Source: Candidatus Poribacteria bacterium
Lineage (GTDB): Bacteria > Poribacteria > WGA-4E > WGA-3G
DNA length: 64,000 nucleotides
Assembly: GCA_963663765.2 (NCBI GenBank)
Contig: CAXXUA010000013.1
Coordinates: forward strand, 512,001-576,000
Reading direction: 5' to 3'
In this document: one piece after another, positions 29,322 to 39,552 of the stretch
Numbering within the stretch: the stretch's first letter is position 1
How the letters are laid out: the number at the start of each line of letters is the position of its first letter
The notes under the pieces: generated by a model
What the model was told of the DNA's origin: nothing
The model's input: the letters and a program-made list of their open reading frames with translations, nothing else
Database searches by the model: none
Position numbers and translations under genes: made by a program

Positions 29322-30089
29322 ATGAAAAAACAACCACTTATAGAAGAGAACCTTAGTCTTTTTTCTGATAAGATGGAAGATAAAAAAGGAAATGTTTTTT
29401 CCACTGAACGGACTGTGCAATCTCCGTCTATAGATTTGCCTGATGACTTGAAACCTAACACAAGGTTGAAAATGGACGGACTGACGTTTCTATCACTTCT
29501 CCCATCTGAATCTATACCGATAGCATTCCTTGACCCGCAGTATAGAGGTGTCCTTGACAAAATGAATTATGGAAATGAAGGTAAAAACCGAGAGAAACGC
29601 AGAAGTTCATTGATGCAAATGACTGAGGAACTAATTGGGAATTTCATTCATGGGATTGACAATATACTTATCCCCTCTGGACATCTGTTTCTGTGGATGG
29701 ATAAGTTTCACTTGTGCCAAGGGTTTAAATCATGGTTTGATGACACACAACTGGATATCGTTGATTTGATCGTCTGGAATAAAGACAGGTTTGGCATGGG
29801 ATATCGATCCAGACGTGTGAGTGAATATTGCGTTGTTCTACAGAAACATCCGCGAAGGGCTAAAGGGGTTTGGCAAGTACACAACATTCGTGATGTCTGG
29901 CTTGAACGCACGAAAACAAGAGAACATCCCCATCAAAAACCTATCGGTTTACAGTCTGAACTTATTGAGGCAGTTAGTAATGAAGGTGATTATGTAATTG
30001 ATCCTGCCGCAGGATCCTTTTCTGTGATGGAAGCAGCACTATCAAAAGGACGAAATTTCATCGGATGTGATTTGATTGAACATTATTGA
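29322..30089 (+). CDS. Site-specific DNA methyltransferase (N6/N4, beta class)
   Basis: Catalytic-like DPQY precedes HPHQKP and the SAM motif DPAAGS...FIGCDL. Confidence 0.85.
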   Translation: MKKQPLIEENLSLFSDKMEDKKGNVFSTERTVQSPSIDLPDDLKPNTRLKMDGLTFLSLLPSESIPIAFLDPQYRGVLDKMNYGNEGKNREKRRSSLMQMTEELIGNFIHGIDNILIPSGHLFLWMDKFHLCQGFKSWFDDTQLDIVDLIVWNKDRFGMGYRSRRVSEYCVVLQKHPRRAKGVWQVHNIRDVWLERTKTREHPHQKPIGLQSELIEAVSNEGDYVIDPAAGSFSVMEAALSKGRNFIGCDLIEHY

Positions 30090-30129
30090 TGAGTGCGTTA
30101 TCACACATACTTAACGGAAAACTGCAAGA

Positions 30130-31395
30130 ATGCATTTAGGAGAATTGAAATACAAAGATGAATCGTGGGATTTCAGAACATCAGATACAAAGGAATATAC
30201 TCACTGCTTCCACACATATCCAGCAATGATGATTCCGCAAATTGCAAGAAAACTGTTGAATAGTTATGGTGTAAAAGGTGAATGGCTTCTTGATCCTTAT
30301 TGTGGAACCGGAACTTCTCTTGTTGAGGCATCTTTGTTCGGTATGCATAGTGTGGGTTGTGACATCAATCCCCTTGTGCGATTAATTGCTACAGTTAAAC
30401 TGACCCCGATTTCCCTAAAGGCACTTGAAATAGAACTCAATAAGTTGAATGATTCCTTATTTGAAATTGAATTTGGAACGGTAAAGTTTCCAGAGATGCC
30501 CATACCTAATATTCCAAATTTGGAGTATTGGTTTTCCGTTGAGGTAAAAAAATATCTTGCTTATTTGTTAACACAGATTAACGCAGTTGAGGATCAGGTA
30601 GTTCGCAATTTCATGACTGTAGCATTTTCTGAGACGGTACGCGAGGTATCTTTTACGCGAACAAGTGGGTTCAAATTGCATCGAATGCCAGCAGAAAAAC
30701 TTGAGAATTTCAATCCTGATGTCTTTGGTATTTTTCGTAAAAAACTGTATAGGAACAGACAAGGATTAGCAGCATATCTTGAAAAACGTAGGGATGTGGA
30801 AACGTCAATTTGTAGTACCAATACTGTGTATGGAGAACTTCCAATGCCACGTCCAATCGGAGGCTATAATTTAGTTATAACATCACCACCCTATGGAGAT
30901 TCACACACAACGGTTGCGTATGGACAATTTTCTCGTCTCTCTGCAGAATGGCTCGGATTACCAAATGCCCGTAAAGTTGACAAGTTCGCAATGGGTGGAC
31001 ACCGTTCAGGAAAAATACCAGTAAATTCACCTGTGTCGGCTGCTATAGAAAAAATCCGTTCAGTTGATGAAAAGCGTGCATCTGAAGTTACTGCGTTTTA
31101 CGTTGATCTGGAAAATAGCATAAATACGGTAGTTCAGACGCTTTCACCGCGTTCTACAATTTGTTATGTTGTGGGGAATCGGCGGGTAAAAGACACTGTT
31201 TTACCGACAGACGAATTTGTTGTCTCTACGTTTGCTAAACACGGATTTTCACACAAGGAAACAATCGTTAGAAATATTCCAAATAAACGGATGCCAAAAA
31301 AGAACAGTCCTTCCAACATTGCAGGTCAAACCTCCACAACAATCCACGAAGAATACATCGTCATTTGTCAAAGAACGACTCAAACATGTCCGTAG
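30130..31395 (+). CDS. DNA methyltransferase, probable N4-cytosine (alpha class)
   Basis: HTYPAMMIPQ, DPYCGTGTS, GCDINP, then TSPPY. Confidence 0.87.
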   Translation: MHLGELKYKDESWDFRTSDTKEYTHCFHTYPAMMIPQIARKLLNSYGVKGEWLLDPYCGTGTSLVEASLFGMHSVGCDINPLVRLIATVKLTPISLKALEIELNKLNDSLFEIEFGTVKFPEMPIPNIPNLEYWFSVEVKKYLAYLLTQINAVEDQVVRNFMTVAFSETVREVSFTRTSGFKLHRMPAEKLENFNPDVFGIFRKKLYRNRQGLAAYLEKRRDVETSICSTNTVYGELPMPRPIGGYNLVITSPPYGDSHTTVAYGQFSRLSAEWLGLPNARKVDKFAMGGHRSGKIPVNSPVSAAIEKIRSVDEKRASEVTAFYVDLENSINTVVQTLSPRSTICYVVGNRRVKDTVLPTDEFVVSTFAKHGFSHKETIVRNIPNKRMPKKNSPSNIAGQTSTTIHEEYIVICQRTTQTCP

Positions 31396-32489
31396 GTCAG
31401 ATTATCTTATCATCAATAACGAAAAAGTTCGGCGACACATTTGCCGTTGACGATGTATCACTACAGATTGAGGGTGGTGAGTTTTTCTCTCTACTCGGTC
31501 CAAGCGGATGTGGCAAAACAACAACATTACGGATTATTGGTGGTTTTGTTCATCCAACCGCGGGCGAAGTTTATATCAACAATGAATTAATGCACGAAAC
31601 ACCACCTTATCGTCGTCCAGTCAATACAGTCTTTCAAAATTATGCACTATTCCCACACAAAACCGTTTCACAGAATATTGCATTTGGACTGCAAATGAAG
31701 AAAGTCTCAAAGTCAGAAATTTCAGATGCGGTTGATCGTTCACTTGATTTAATTCAATTGTCAGGATATAACGCAAGGAGACCTAACGAACTCTCTGGTG
31801 GTGAGATGCAGCGCGTCGCACTTGCTCGCGCTTTAGTCAATGAACCAACGATTTTGCTATTAGATGAACCCCTTTCTGCACTTGACCTAAAACTACGAAA
31901 GCAAATGCAGTTTGAGCTCAAAGCACTACAACGCAAAATAGGAATTACATTTGTGTATGTCACACATGATCAAGGAGAAGCATTGGCATTGTCGGATAGG
32001 ATTGCAGTGATGAACAAAGGAAAGATCCTTCAGGTAGGTACGCCATCGGAAATCTATGATTCCCCACAGAACCGATTTGTGGCAGATTTTATCGGGACAT
32101 CAAACTTCATTGAAGGAACGATTAGACATAGGGATAACGATTTAGCAGAGGTAGTAACAGATACAGATCCACCCTTTAGTTTTCTCGGTAAATGTAATGG
32201 TGAAATCCAAACTAATTCACCTGTAACAGTCGTTGTTCGTCCGGAACGTATAGATATATCAGCAGAACCGAATCCAGATTTACCAAATTGCTTGCAAGGT
32301 GTAATCCAAGACCATAGTTACCTCGGAACGACACAACAATACACTGTGCAAACCGATTATCCTACGCATCTCATTGTTCATCAACAAAACACAAGTATTA
32401 AGGATGTAAATCGCTATAAAGAAGGTGATACGGTATACTTACAATGGGAATCAGGAAACGCTATCGTTTTGGCAACTGATTTGAATTAA
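31386..32489 (+). CDS. Polyamine ABC transporter ATP-binding protein (PotA-like)
   Basis: GPSGCGKTT, VFQNYALFPH, LSGGEMQRVALARA, TOBE tail. Confidence 0.9.
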   Translation: MSVGQIILSSITKKFGDTFAVDDVSLQIEGGEFFSLLGPSGCGKTTTLRIIGGFVHPTAGEVYINNELMHETPPYRRPVNTVFQNYALFPHKTVSQNIAFGLQMKKVSKSEISDAVDRSLDLIQLSGYNARRPNELSGGEMQRVALARALVNEPTILLLDEPLSALDLKLRKQMQFELKALQRKIGITFVYVTHDQGEALALSDRIAVMNKGKILQVGTPSEIYDSPQNRFVADFIGTSNFIEGTIRHRDNDLAEVVTDTDPPFSFLGKCNGEIQTNSPVTVVVRPERIDISAEPNPDLPNCLQGVIQDHSYLGTTQQYTVQTDYPTHLIVHQQNTSIKDVNRYKEGDTVYLQWESGNAIVLATDLN

Positions 32490-33484
32490 CCTCGTGGCAA
32501 TGGTAGTTTAACCTTTCCATTGTTGTGTTGTTGTGAAGTCAAAAAGCCAATAATGATCTCAACGACTTTGTGTCCTGCACTTCCAGGTGAAACAGGTTCT
32601 CCACCATCTGCAACGAGTTTTACTATCTCTTGAACACCTGCAGGAATACCGACGACATCCCATGTCGGTGCTTCAATTGGTTCTACAGAATTCCCTTGGT
32701 ATATTGTTGCTCCCTTATCGCTTATGAGAATGTATCCATTTGTACCAACAATCTCCAATCTGAATCCGGATTGTGTCGTCTTCGGTCCGCCAGCATAGTA
32801 GCCACGAACACTGTTTGCAAAATGGATATAACCGTGTGCGGATGGTTCCGTTGATGGGTTGTGTCCACCATCCCCTTTATATTCGCTATAGTCTTCATAT
32901 CCATCTTCTAATTCTGCGGAAACCCATTCAGGTGGTGAGTCAGCAAAGTAACATATTGCATCAACAAGATGTGTTCCGTTGCGGAATAGCATAGCTCTAC
33001 CTCCGCTTAGTGTTCCAATGACAAAGACAACTTCCCCGATACGTCCAGCATCAACGACATCCTCTTTAGTATACCGCCACAAAGGTTGCCATCTACGTGT
33101 ATGGTCAATTGATAGGATAGTTCCGTTCTGTTCGGTTGCCTCCAGCATCCTATCTGCATCTTCAATATTAGTCGCCATCGGTTTCTCACAGAAAATACCT
33201 TTAACCCCAGCATTTGCTGCGTCTACCACGAGATCCGCATGCCGATGGTCAGATGTTGCAACCGTCACTATTTCTAAATCTTCTGTCTTGAGCATTTCTT
33301 GATGGTCTGAATACAGCGAGATATTATCCCAATTGTTCTGCCATTTTGCTTTGAAGGTATCCAGGGTACTTTGTACGAAATCGCATCCAGCGACTAATTC
33401 AACATTCGGTAATCCGACTAATCCAGACGCGTGCGTTGTACCTATTCCACTGCAACCTATTATACCAACCCGTAGTTTTGCCAT
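32486..33484 (-). CDS. Gfo/Idh/MocA family oxidoreductase
   Basis: GIIGCSGIG, CEKPMA, GTHLVD motifs. Confidence 0.9.
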   Translation of the reverse strand: MAKLRVGIIGCSGIGTTHASGLVGLPNVELVAGCDFVQSTLDTFKAKWQNNWDNISLYSDHQEMLKTEDLEIVTVATSDHRHADLVVDAANAGVKGIFCEKPMATNIEDADRMLEATEQNGTILSIDHTRRWQPLWRYTKEDVVDAGRIGEVVFVIGTLSGGRAMLFRNGTHLVDAICYFADSPPEWVSAELEDGYEDYSEYKGDGGHNPSTEPSAHGYIHFANSVRGYYAGGPKTTQSGFRLEIVGTNGYILISDKGATIYQGNSVEPIEAPTWDVVGIPAGVQEIVKLVADGGEPVSPGSAGHKVVEIIIGFLTSQQHNNGKVKLPLPRG

Positions 33485-33667
33485 GTTCCAATCCTCCACA
33501 ATTACAAAATGCCATATCTGTTACACTAACGTATTGACCTTGATAAGATTCTATGCTGCAGTGAATTAGATGTCAAGTTTTTTGTGGAAACAAAACGATT
33601 TGATATAAACCCAAGACTTTGGTAAACTATTTGTAGATCAAAAATGTCATGATGGAGGAAAATAATT

Positions 33668-33907
33668 ATGATTAGAATAATCGCTAACCCGGGAATTCTT
33701 GGAGGGAAACCTGTAATTGAAGGCACGCGCATAAGTGTTGAACATGTCCTTGGACTATTGGCAAACGGAATGACAAACGAGGAGATAATTTCAGATTATC
33801 CAATATTGAGTGAGGAGGGTATTCGGGCGGCACTTGGTTACGCAGCGCGCGCATTAAAGAACGACATCGTGATAGACATGCCTTTTCCGCGTGAGGGAGC
33901 ATCTTGA
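33668..33907 (+). CDS. DUF433 domain protein (antitoxin-like)
   Basis: PGILGGKPVIEGTRISVE...G...EEI..DYP.L....IRAAL.YAA signature. Confidence 0.9.
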   Translation: MIRIIANPGILGGKPVIEGTRISVEHVLGLLANGMTNEEIISDYPILSEEGIRAALGYAARALKNDIVIDMPFPREGAS

Positions 33908-34051
33908 ACATGGCTGCCCCCACTTTTTTGCAGAAAATAAATGTGTCCCAAGCCAATCATTTGCTTGTGGATATTTTTATGCGTTTAGGTTCATTTTTCT
34001 TATTCTGTATGTGGTAATCTTGTAGGTTGATTAGGGCAAAACAAACTCTTA

Positions 34052-34471
34052 AGGTATAATAAAACCCATACTCCCAAATGAATTCCAAACTTTTAGTCGT
34101 AATGCAAACAGAGTGCACAAAATAATAGACAGACAAATTTCAGAACATAAAAGCAGCTGAAAAGTCCAAAACAGATATAAAAAATACAACAAGATAACGA
34201 TAAAAAACCCATTTAGTTGTTTTTTTCAAAATTTCGCAAATTCAATAAACCTTCATAAACCCAGACCACAACAGGATCGAGAACACTTATGAAAAAAATG
34301 CAAAAAACACGAAAAAAACAACCAAAAAATTCCACGATTGGAACAAAATTCAGAAATGGAACATTTAATTGTCGGTTAATCACACACGCTAACAATATGA
34401 TGCTTCTGTAGACAGGGAAAATCGGGGTTGAAAACTCCAACGGCAAGAGCACATTTCAACAATTGAATACC
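34052..34471. repeat. ~420-bp non-coding repeat element (family D/E); inverted copy at 61741-63180 interrupted by IS982
   Basis: Long colinear similarity to the reverse complement of 62796-63180 and 61741-61774 (e.g. CAAATGAATTCCAAACTTTT, AAAAAATTCCACGATT, GGGTTGAAAACTCC). Confidence 0.8.
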
Positions 34472-34492
34472 TTTGCCATCATTTAAGAAATC

Positions 34493-34522
34493 TTGACATC
34501 ACGTAACAATCCGTGATATATT
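34493..34522 (+). promoter_or_regulatory. Sigma70 promoter of recJ-rel
   Basis: TTGACA-18 nt-TATATT with extended TG. Confidence 0.55.
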
Positions 34523-34588
34523 ATCTAAAACAAAATTATGTAATTTTCATATCCAACTGAAAGTTCACTAAAATAGAAAGTTGTTTTC

Positions 34589-37150
34589 ATGAGACTGCAA
34601 CCCAAAAAAATATGGCAGTATCAAAATCCTGATATAGATTTGAGTTTGACCCTTGCTGCTAAACTTGGTATTACGCCCCTTGTTGCGCGCCTCCTTGTCA
34701 ATCGCGGAATAAAAACTGTAGCAGATGGTAAAACCTATCTGTATCCGACCTATGCCGACCTACACTCCCCTTTTAAGATGGCAGATATGGAAAAAGCAGT
34801 TGAACGAATCCATCAGGCAAAAAAGAAAGGTGAACAGATTTGCATTTATGGTGACTATGATGCGGACGGTACAACAGCAACTGCCCTTTTAGTGAATACA
34901 TTTCGGCATATAGATTTTCCTGTTAGTTATTATATTCCCCATCGGTTCACTGAGGGTTATGGACTGAATACAGACGCTATAAAAAAAATATATGATAACG
35001 GATGCACATTGTTGATAACAGTTGATTGTGGCATCTCTTCCATTGAGGAGATAGAATATGCAAATGAACTTGGTATGGATGTGATTCTCACAGATCACCA
35101 TCAACCCCCTGAAAGCGATCCGCCATCAGCTTACGCTATTATTTCCCCGAAGATCGATGGAAACGAATATCCTTATACAGAGTTAGCTGGGGTGGGATTA
35201 GCTTTCAAGTTAGCACAAGGCCTATTAGATGATGAATCGTATTTGACATCGCTGCTTGATCTTGTTGTTTTAGGGACAGTCGCAGACATCGCTCCACTTA
35301 CTGGTGAAAATAGGACTCTGAGTCGACTTGGGTTAGCAGAAATCAACAAGAAGCATCGCATTGGCATTCAGAAACTGTGTGAGGTAGCAGATATAGCTGA
35401 CAAACCGCTCGTAGGTAACTCTTTGTCCTATCGTCTGGGACCCCGTTTAAACGCTGCTGGTAGGTTAAAAACAGCAAAGACTGTGGTGGAGTTATTGACA
35501 ACTGAGTCAAAAGAAAAAGCCGAAAAATATGCACAAGAATTAGATAAATGTAATCAGGAACGCAAAGATATTGAAAATAAAATACAAGATAGTGCGGTGA
35601 CACTCCTAAATAGAGAAGAAAATCTGGAACAGTTGAAGGGATTAGTAGTTGCGAGTAGTACTTGGGGAGAACATGCTAAAGGCGTTGTTGGGATTGTTGC
35701 TTCAAGATTACTTGAACAGTATTACCGTCCCATATTTGTTCTTGCTATTGATGGCGATGAAGCTACAGGTTCGGGTCGTTGTGTTGAAGGAATGAATCTC
35801 GCTGATAGTTTGAACAGTTGCTCTAACCTACTTATCAGACATGGAGGACATCAGGCTGCGGCTGGTGTGACGCTTAAGACTGATAATATACCGAAATTCA
35901 AAAAGGCTTTTAATAGTTTTGCATGTGAAAATCTCAACGATAAAGACTTAATTCCAAAACTTCCTTTGGATTTTGAAACAAACCTATCTTCTCTAACGTT
36001 ACAAACATTAGAGAAGTTTGATGCCTTAGAACCCTTTGGTGGTGAAAACCCACCACCCCGTTTTGTCGTTAAAGGCTTAACCATTAAAGGACAACCGTTT
36101 ACAATGGGGAAAGAAAAGGAACATCTCTCAATGGTTGTCAGTGAAGGTTCAGAAGAAATAAGATCTATAGGATGGCGAAAAGCACAACATTTAATTACGC
36201 TTAGCAGACCGAATATCTTGATAGACATTGCTTGTTCTCCTGAAATTAATGAGTACAAAAACAAACGTTCTGTCCAATTGGTTCTTGAAGAGTTCCATGT
36301 AAAGTCATCAGATCGGTCTCCAAATCTCTTGATCTATCCACCTTCTGACACACCTTCTTATGCAAGAGTAGTGGATAGTCGCAATCAGGATAAGAAAGAA
36401 AGTCTATTGACTTTGCTAAACACAGATAAACCATGTATAATTTATGTAATGAATTCTGAGAAGATGAACCAATTATTGACGAGTGTAATTCCTGAAAAAG
36501 CATCAACAATTGGTAGACATGATGAGACAACGACAGAGGCAGATGAAATTGAACTTTTAGAAAAAGTTAAGAATGGTTCTTATAGAGGGGTTGTATCCTC
36601 AAGTACATTCTCCGCATCGGTATTAGAAACTGTTCCTATCATACAAAACTTCATCTTTTGTCATCTTGCACCACACCCAGGGAATTTATTTGAGAAGTGC
36701 AAACCTGCATCAAGAAATCATAGTACGACTATGCTTCATCTATTATTTAATCAAGATTCAGATGAACGGCTGTTGCAGGAATGGATAGATAATACTTATC
36801 CTGACAGAAAATATCTTGCAACATTATACCGAAAATTGGGTGAAACAGATAATACGGAGATAACTGATTTTAAAACATTGACAGAAAGACTTGAACTTAA
36901 CTCAGATCAAGCTGTAGAATTAGGACTAACTATATTTGAAGAATTAGGATTAATTGAAAGAGATACAAAGTCTGGGCAACAATATATAAGAATAATACCT
37001 GACCGCAAAAGGGGTTTGGAAAGATCAAAAACCTATTTGAAATGTGAATGGTTGAAACAGAATAGTCAGAAGTTTGCGAAATTCCAACTACATGAAAATA
37101 CCCAACAAATTTGGGAGCGTATCAAAAATGAGTGTGGAATCCCTGATTAA
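34589..37150 (+). CDS. recJ: Single-stranded-DNA exonuclease RecJ with C-terminal extension
   Basis: YGDYDADG, TVDCG, TDHH, PRLNAAGR, GGHQAAAG motifs. Confidence 0.95.
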   Translation: MRLQPKKIWQYQNPDIDLSLTLAAKLGITPLVARLLVNRGIKTVADGKTYLYPTYADLHSPFKMADMEKAVERIHQAKKKGEQICIYGDYDADGTTATALLVNTFRHIDFPVSYYIPHRFTEGYGLNTDAIKKIYDNGCTLLITVDCGISSIEEIEYANELGMDVILTDHHQPPESDPPSAYAIISPKIDGNEYPYTELAGVGLAFKLAQGLLDDESYLTSLLDLVVLGTVADIAPLTGENRTLSRLGLAEINKKHRIGIQKLCEVADIADKPLVGNSLSYRLGPRLNAAGRLKTAKTVVELLTTESKEKAEKYAQELDKCNQERKDIENKIQDSAVTLLNREENLEQLKGLVVASSTWGEHAKGVVGIVASRLLEQYYRPIFVLAIDGDEATGSGRCVEGMNLADSLNSCSNLLIRHGGHQAAAGVTLKTDNIPKFKKAFNSFACENLNDKDLIPKLPLDFETNLSSLTLQTLEKFDALEPFGGENPPPRFVVKGLTIKGQPFTMGKEKEHLSMVVSEGSEEIRSIGWRKAQHLITLSRPNILIDIACSPEINEYKNKRSVQLVLEEFHVKSSDRSPNLLIYPPSDTPSYARVVDSRNQDKKESLLTLLNTDKPCIIYVMNSEKMNQLLTSVIPEKASTIGRHDETTTEADEIELLEKVKNGSYRGVVSSSTFSASVLETVPIIQNFIFCHLAPHPGNLFEKCKPASRNHSTTMLHLLFNQDSDERLLQEWIDNTYPDRKYLATLYRKLGETDNTEITDFKTLTERLELNSDQAVELGLTIFEELGLIERDTKSGQQYIRIIPDRKRGLERSKTYLKCEWLKQNSQKFAKFQLHENTQQIWERIKNECGIPD

Positions 37151-39260
37151 TATTATCCAGAGGTATAATCCAGAAGCAGTGACCGATTTTCACTTTCTCA
37201 AAACGTGTTATAGTTACGCTGAGAAAGCACATAGTAAACAGCTGCGGAAATCGGGTGAACCGTATTTCATGCATTGTGTGAGAACAGCAGGAATACTTGC
37301 ACAACTGCGGTTGGATATGGATACGATCTGTGCGGGGTTGATGCATGATGTGTTAGAAGATACTGGTATTACGCGAAATGAATTGGAAAGTCAATTCGGA
37401 AAGAATATTGCTTACTTAGTGGAAGGTGTAACAAAGATCGGACGCTATAAATTTAGCGGGGGTCAACGTCTAAGACAAGCGGAAACATATAGAAAACTCT
37501 TATTAGCTACGGCAGAGGATTTGCGGGTGATCCTCATTAAATTAGCTGATCGTCTCCACAATATGGAGACACTGGATCACTTATCCGATGAGCAACAGAT
37601 GCGGATCGCTAAAGAGACTTTGGAAATCTATGCACCTATCGCCCACCGACTTGGGATTTGGTCCATCATGAGTCGACTTGAAGACCTTGCACTAAAATAC
37701 CTCCTCCCCGATACTTATAGAGAAATCGCTGACCTACTGAACGAAAAACTTGAAGAACGACAAGCATATTGTAAGAAAATGGAAGCGATAATTCATACAG
37801 AGCTAAAAAAACACGGCATACCAGCAAACGTCAGAGGCAGAACAAAACATATATATAGCATCTACCAGAAGATGCATGAGAAAGGAACTCCGTTTAAAGA
37901 TATTTGTGATTTGGTTGGACTGCGTGTACTTGTAGATGACGATTGGAGTTGTTACAGTGCACTGGGGGTTTTACATCTTAGGTGGAATTACTTACCTGAC
38001 CGTGTCCGAGATTGGATTGGACAACCGAAAAAAAATGGATACCAATCACTGCATACCACCATTTTGGATGATGGTAAACCGATTGAGATACAGATACGGA
38101 GTAGGGGAATGCATCAGGTTGCTGAAAACGGTATAGCAGCTCACTGGAGTTATAAAGAAGGTGTACCAACGACTAAGGAAGCACTCTCCATTTATGCTAA
38201 TTACAAGGAGATGCTTGATGACATCCAGGATACGCAAGATGTTCCAGACCGATTTATTGAGTCTATGAAGTTGGAACTTTTTCAAGATGAGGTATATGTC
38301 TTCACACCAAAAGGTGACATCCACGCACTACCCGTCAGCTCAACAGCGATAGACTTTGCATACAAAATCCATACTGAAATCGGACATACGTGCTATGGAG
38401 CGGAGGTAAATAATGTTCTCACCCCTATACGTGAACCTTTACAGAACGGTGACCGTATCCGAATTTTGACTCACCCGAAAAGCACACCCAGTAGATCATG
38501 GCTACGTATCGTGAAAACAGCCAATGCACGAACAAAAATCCGTAACTGGTTTAAAGAAAAAGACAGAGTTGATGCACTTGAATTGGGTAAAAAATTCCTC
38601 AAAGCAGAACTACAGGTCTCATACCTCAATGCAAACGACTATCTGAAATCTCCGAAGCTGCTGGAGATTGCCAAACAACATGGTCAAATAAGTGTTGAGG
38701 AGTTATGCATTCGTATTGGAAAAGGACATGAATCTGCGACACAGATCGTAAATAAATTAAAACCAGAAAAAACAGAAGTAGTACCTGAAAAACAAAAACC
38801 AAAAGATGTTGAACCCACAATCCATCTTGATAACGGTATAGATTTGGGGATGTTCCGCGTTATGAAATGTTGCAATCCAATTCCTGGAGATGATATAGTT
38901 GGGTATCTCACGCGTGGACGTGGCGTTTCTGTTCACCGAGATGGATGCGTGCGGCTTCTTGATGAACCAGAGAGATTTGTTGCAGTCAATATGCACGCTG
39001 TAGAAGGTACGAACTATCCTGCACAGATCTTTGTTGAATGTGATGACAAACCTGGAATGTTAGGAGAGATCACAACTGCTATTGCAAAATGCCAAGTGAA
39101 TATACGTGAAGGGAACTTTAAATCCTCAACTGTCACCAGAATCAACGATACAGCTGCTGATTACTTTACTTTGGATGTGACTGGTGTTGAACAATTGAAA
39201 AAAGTAATGGATGTAATAAAAAGTTTAAATGGGGTGGAGAGTGTCGTCCGAAAAATGTAG
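37128..39260 (+). CDS. relA: Bifunctional (p)ppGpp synthetase/hydrolase (long RSH)
   Basis: RKSGEPY, intact HD motif (LMHDVLED), KLADRLHNM, YQSLHT, TGS and ACT domains. Confidence 0.95.
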   Translation: MSVESLINIIQRYNPEAVTDFHFLKTCYSYAEKAHSKQLRKSGEPYFMHCVRTAGILAQLRLDMDTICAGLMHDVLEDTGITRNELESQFGKNIAYLVEGVTKIGRYKFSGGQRLRQAETYRKLLLATAEDLRVILIKLADRLHNMETLDHLSDEQQMRIAKETLEIYAPIAHRLGIWSIMSRLEDLALKYLLPDTYREIADLLNEKLEERQAYCKKMEAIIHTELKKHGIPANVRGRTKHIYSIYQKMHEKGTPFKDICDLVGLRVLVDDDWSCYSALGVLHLRWNYLPDRVRDWIGQPKKNGYQSLHTTILDDGKPIEIQIRSRGMHQVAENGIAAHWSYKEGVPTTKEALSIYANYKEMLDDIQDTQDVPDRFIESMKLELFQDEVYVFTPKGDIHALPVSSTAIDFAYKIHTEIGHTCYGAEVNNVLTPIREPLQNGDRIRILTHPKSTPSRSWLRIVKTANARTKIRNWFKEKDRVDALELGKKFLKAELQVSYLNANDYLKSPKLLEIAKQHGQISVEELCIRIGKGHESATQIVNKLKPEKTEVVPEKQKPKDVEPTIHLDNGIDLGMFRVMKCCNPIPGDDIVGYLTRGRGVSVHRDGCVRLLDEPERFVAVNMHAVEGTNYPAQIFVECDDKPGMLGEITTAIAKCQVNIREGNFKSSTVTRINDTAADYFTLDVTGVEQLKKVMDVIKSLNGVESVVRKM

Positions 39261-39264
39261 AGAT

Positions 39265-39477
39265 TTACACCTCGGACGACATCCGAGAAATGACTTTTGT
39301 AACTTTACCACTACGAATACAAGATGTGCAAACACGGATCCGCCTCGGTCCTTCTTCAGTCATAGCCCGTACTCGTTGAAGGTTTGGAAGCCAACGGCGT
39401 TTCGTGTGTCGAAATGATGGACTGATCTGATTTCCAGTACGAGGTCTCTTTCCACATAAAGTACATACACGTGCCAA
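39265..39477 (-). CDS. rpmB: 50S ribosomal protein L28
   Basis: MARVCTLCGK...TKRRWLPNLQ...VCTSCIRSG; TTG start after AGGAGGTG. Confidence 0.95.
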   Translation of the reverse strand: MARVCTLCGKRPRTGNQISPSFRHTKRRWLPNLQRVRAMTEEGPRRIRVCTSCIRSGKVTKVISRMSSEV

Positions 39478-39552
39478 TCTAAACACCTCCTTTGTTTACT
39501 ACCATTGATTTTTTAGATTTTATACATAAAGAATACCACAATTAGGAGTCAA

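Noticed and set aside
34498-34517. ATCACG-N8-CGTGAT inverted repeat in the recJ promoter as an SOS-type operator
   Set aside because: Only 6-bp arms and no second instance noticed, so it cannot be distinguished from chance.
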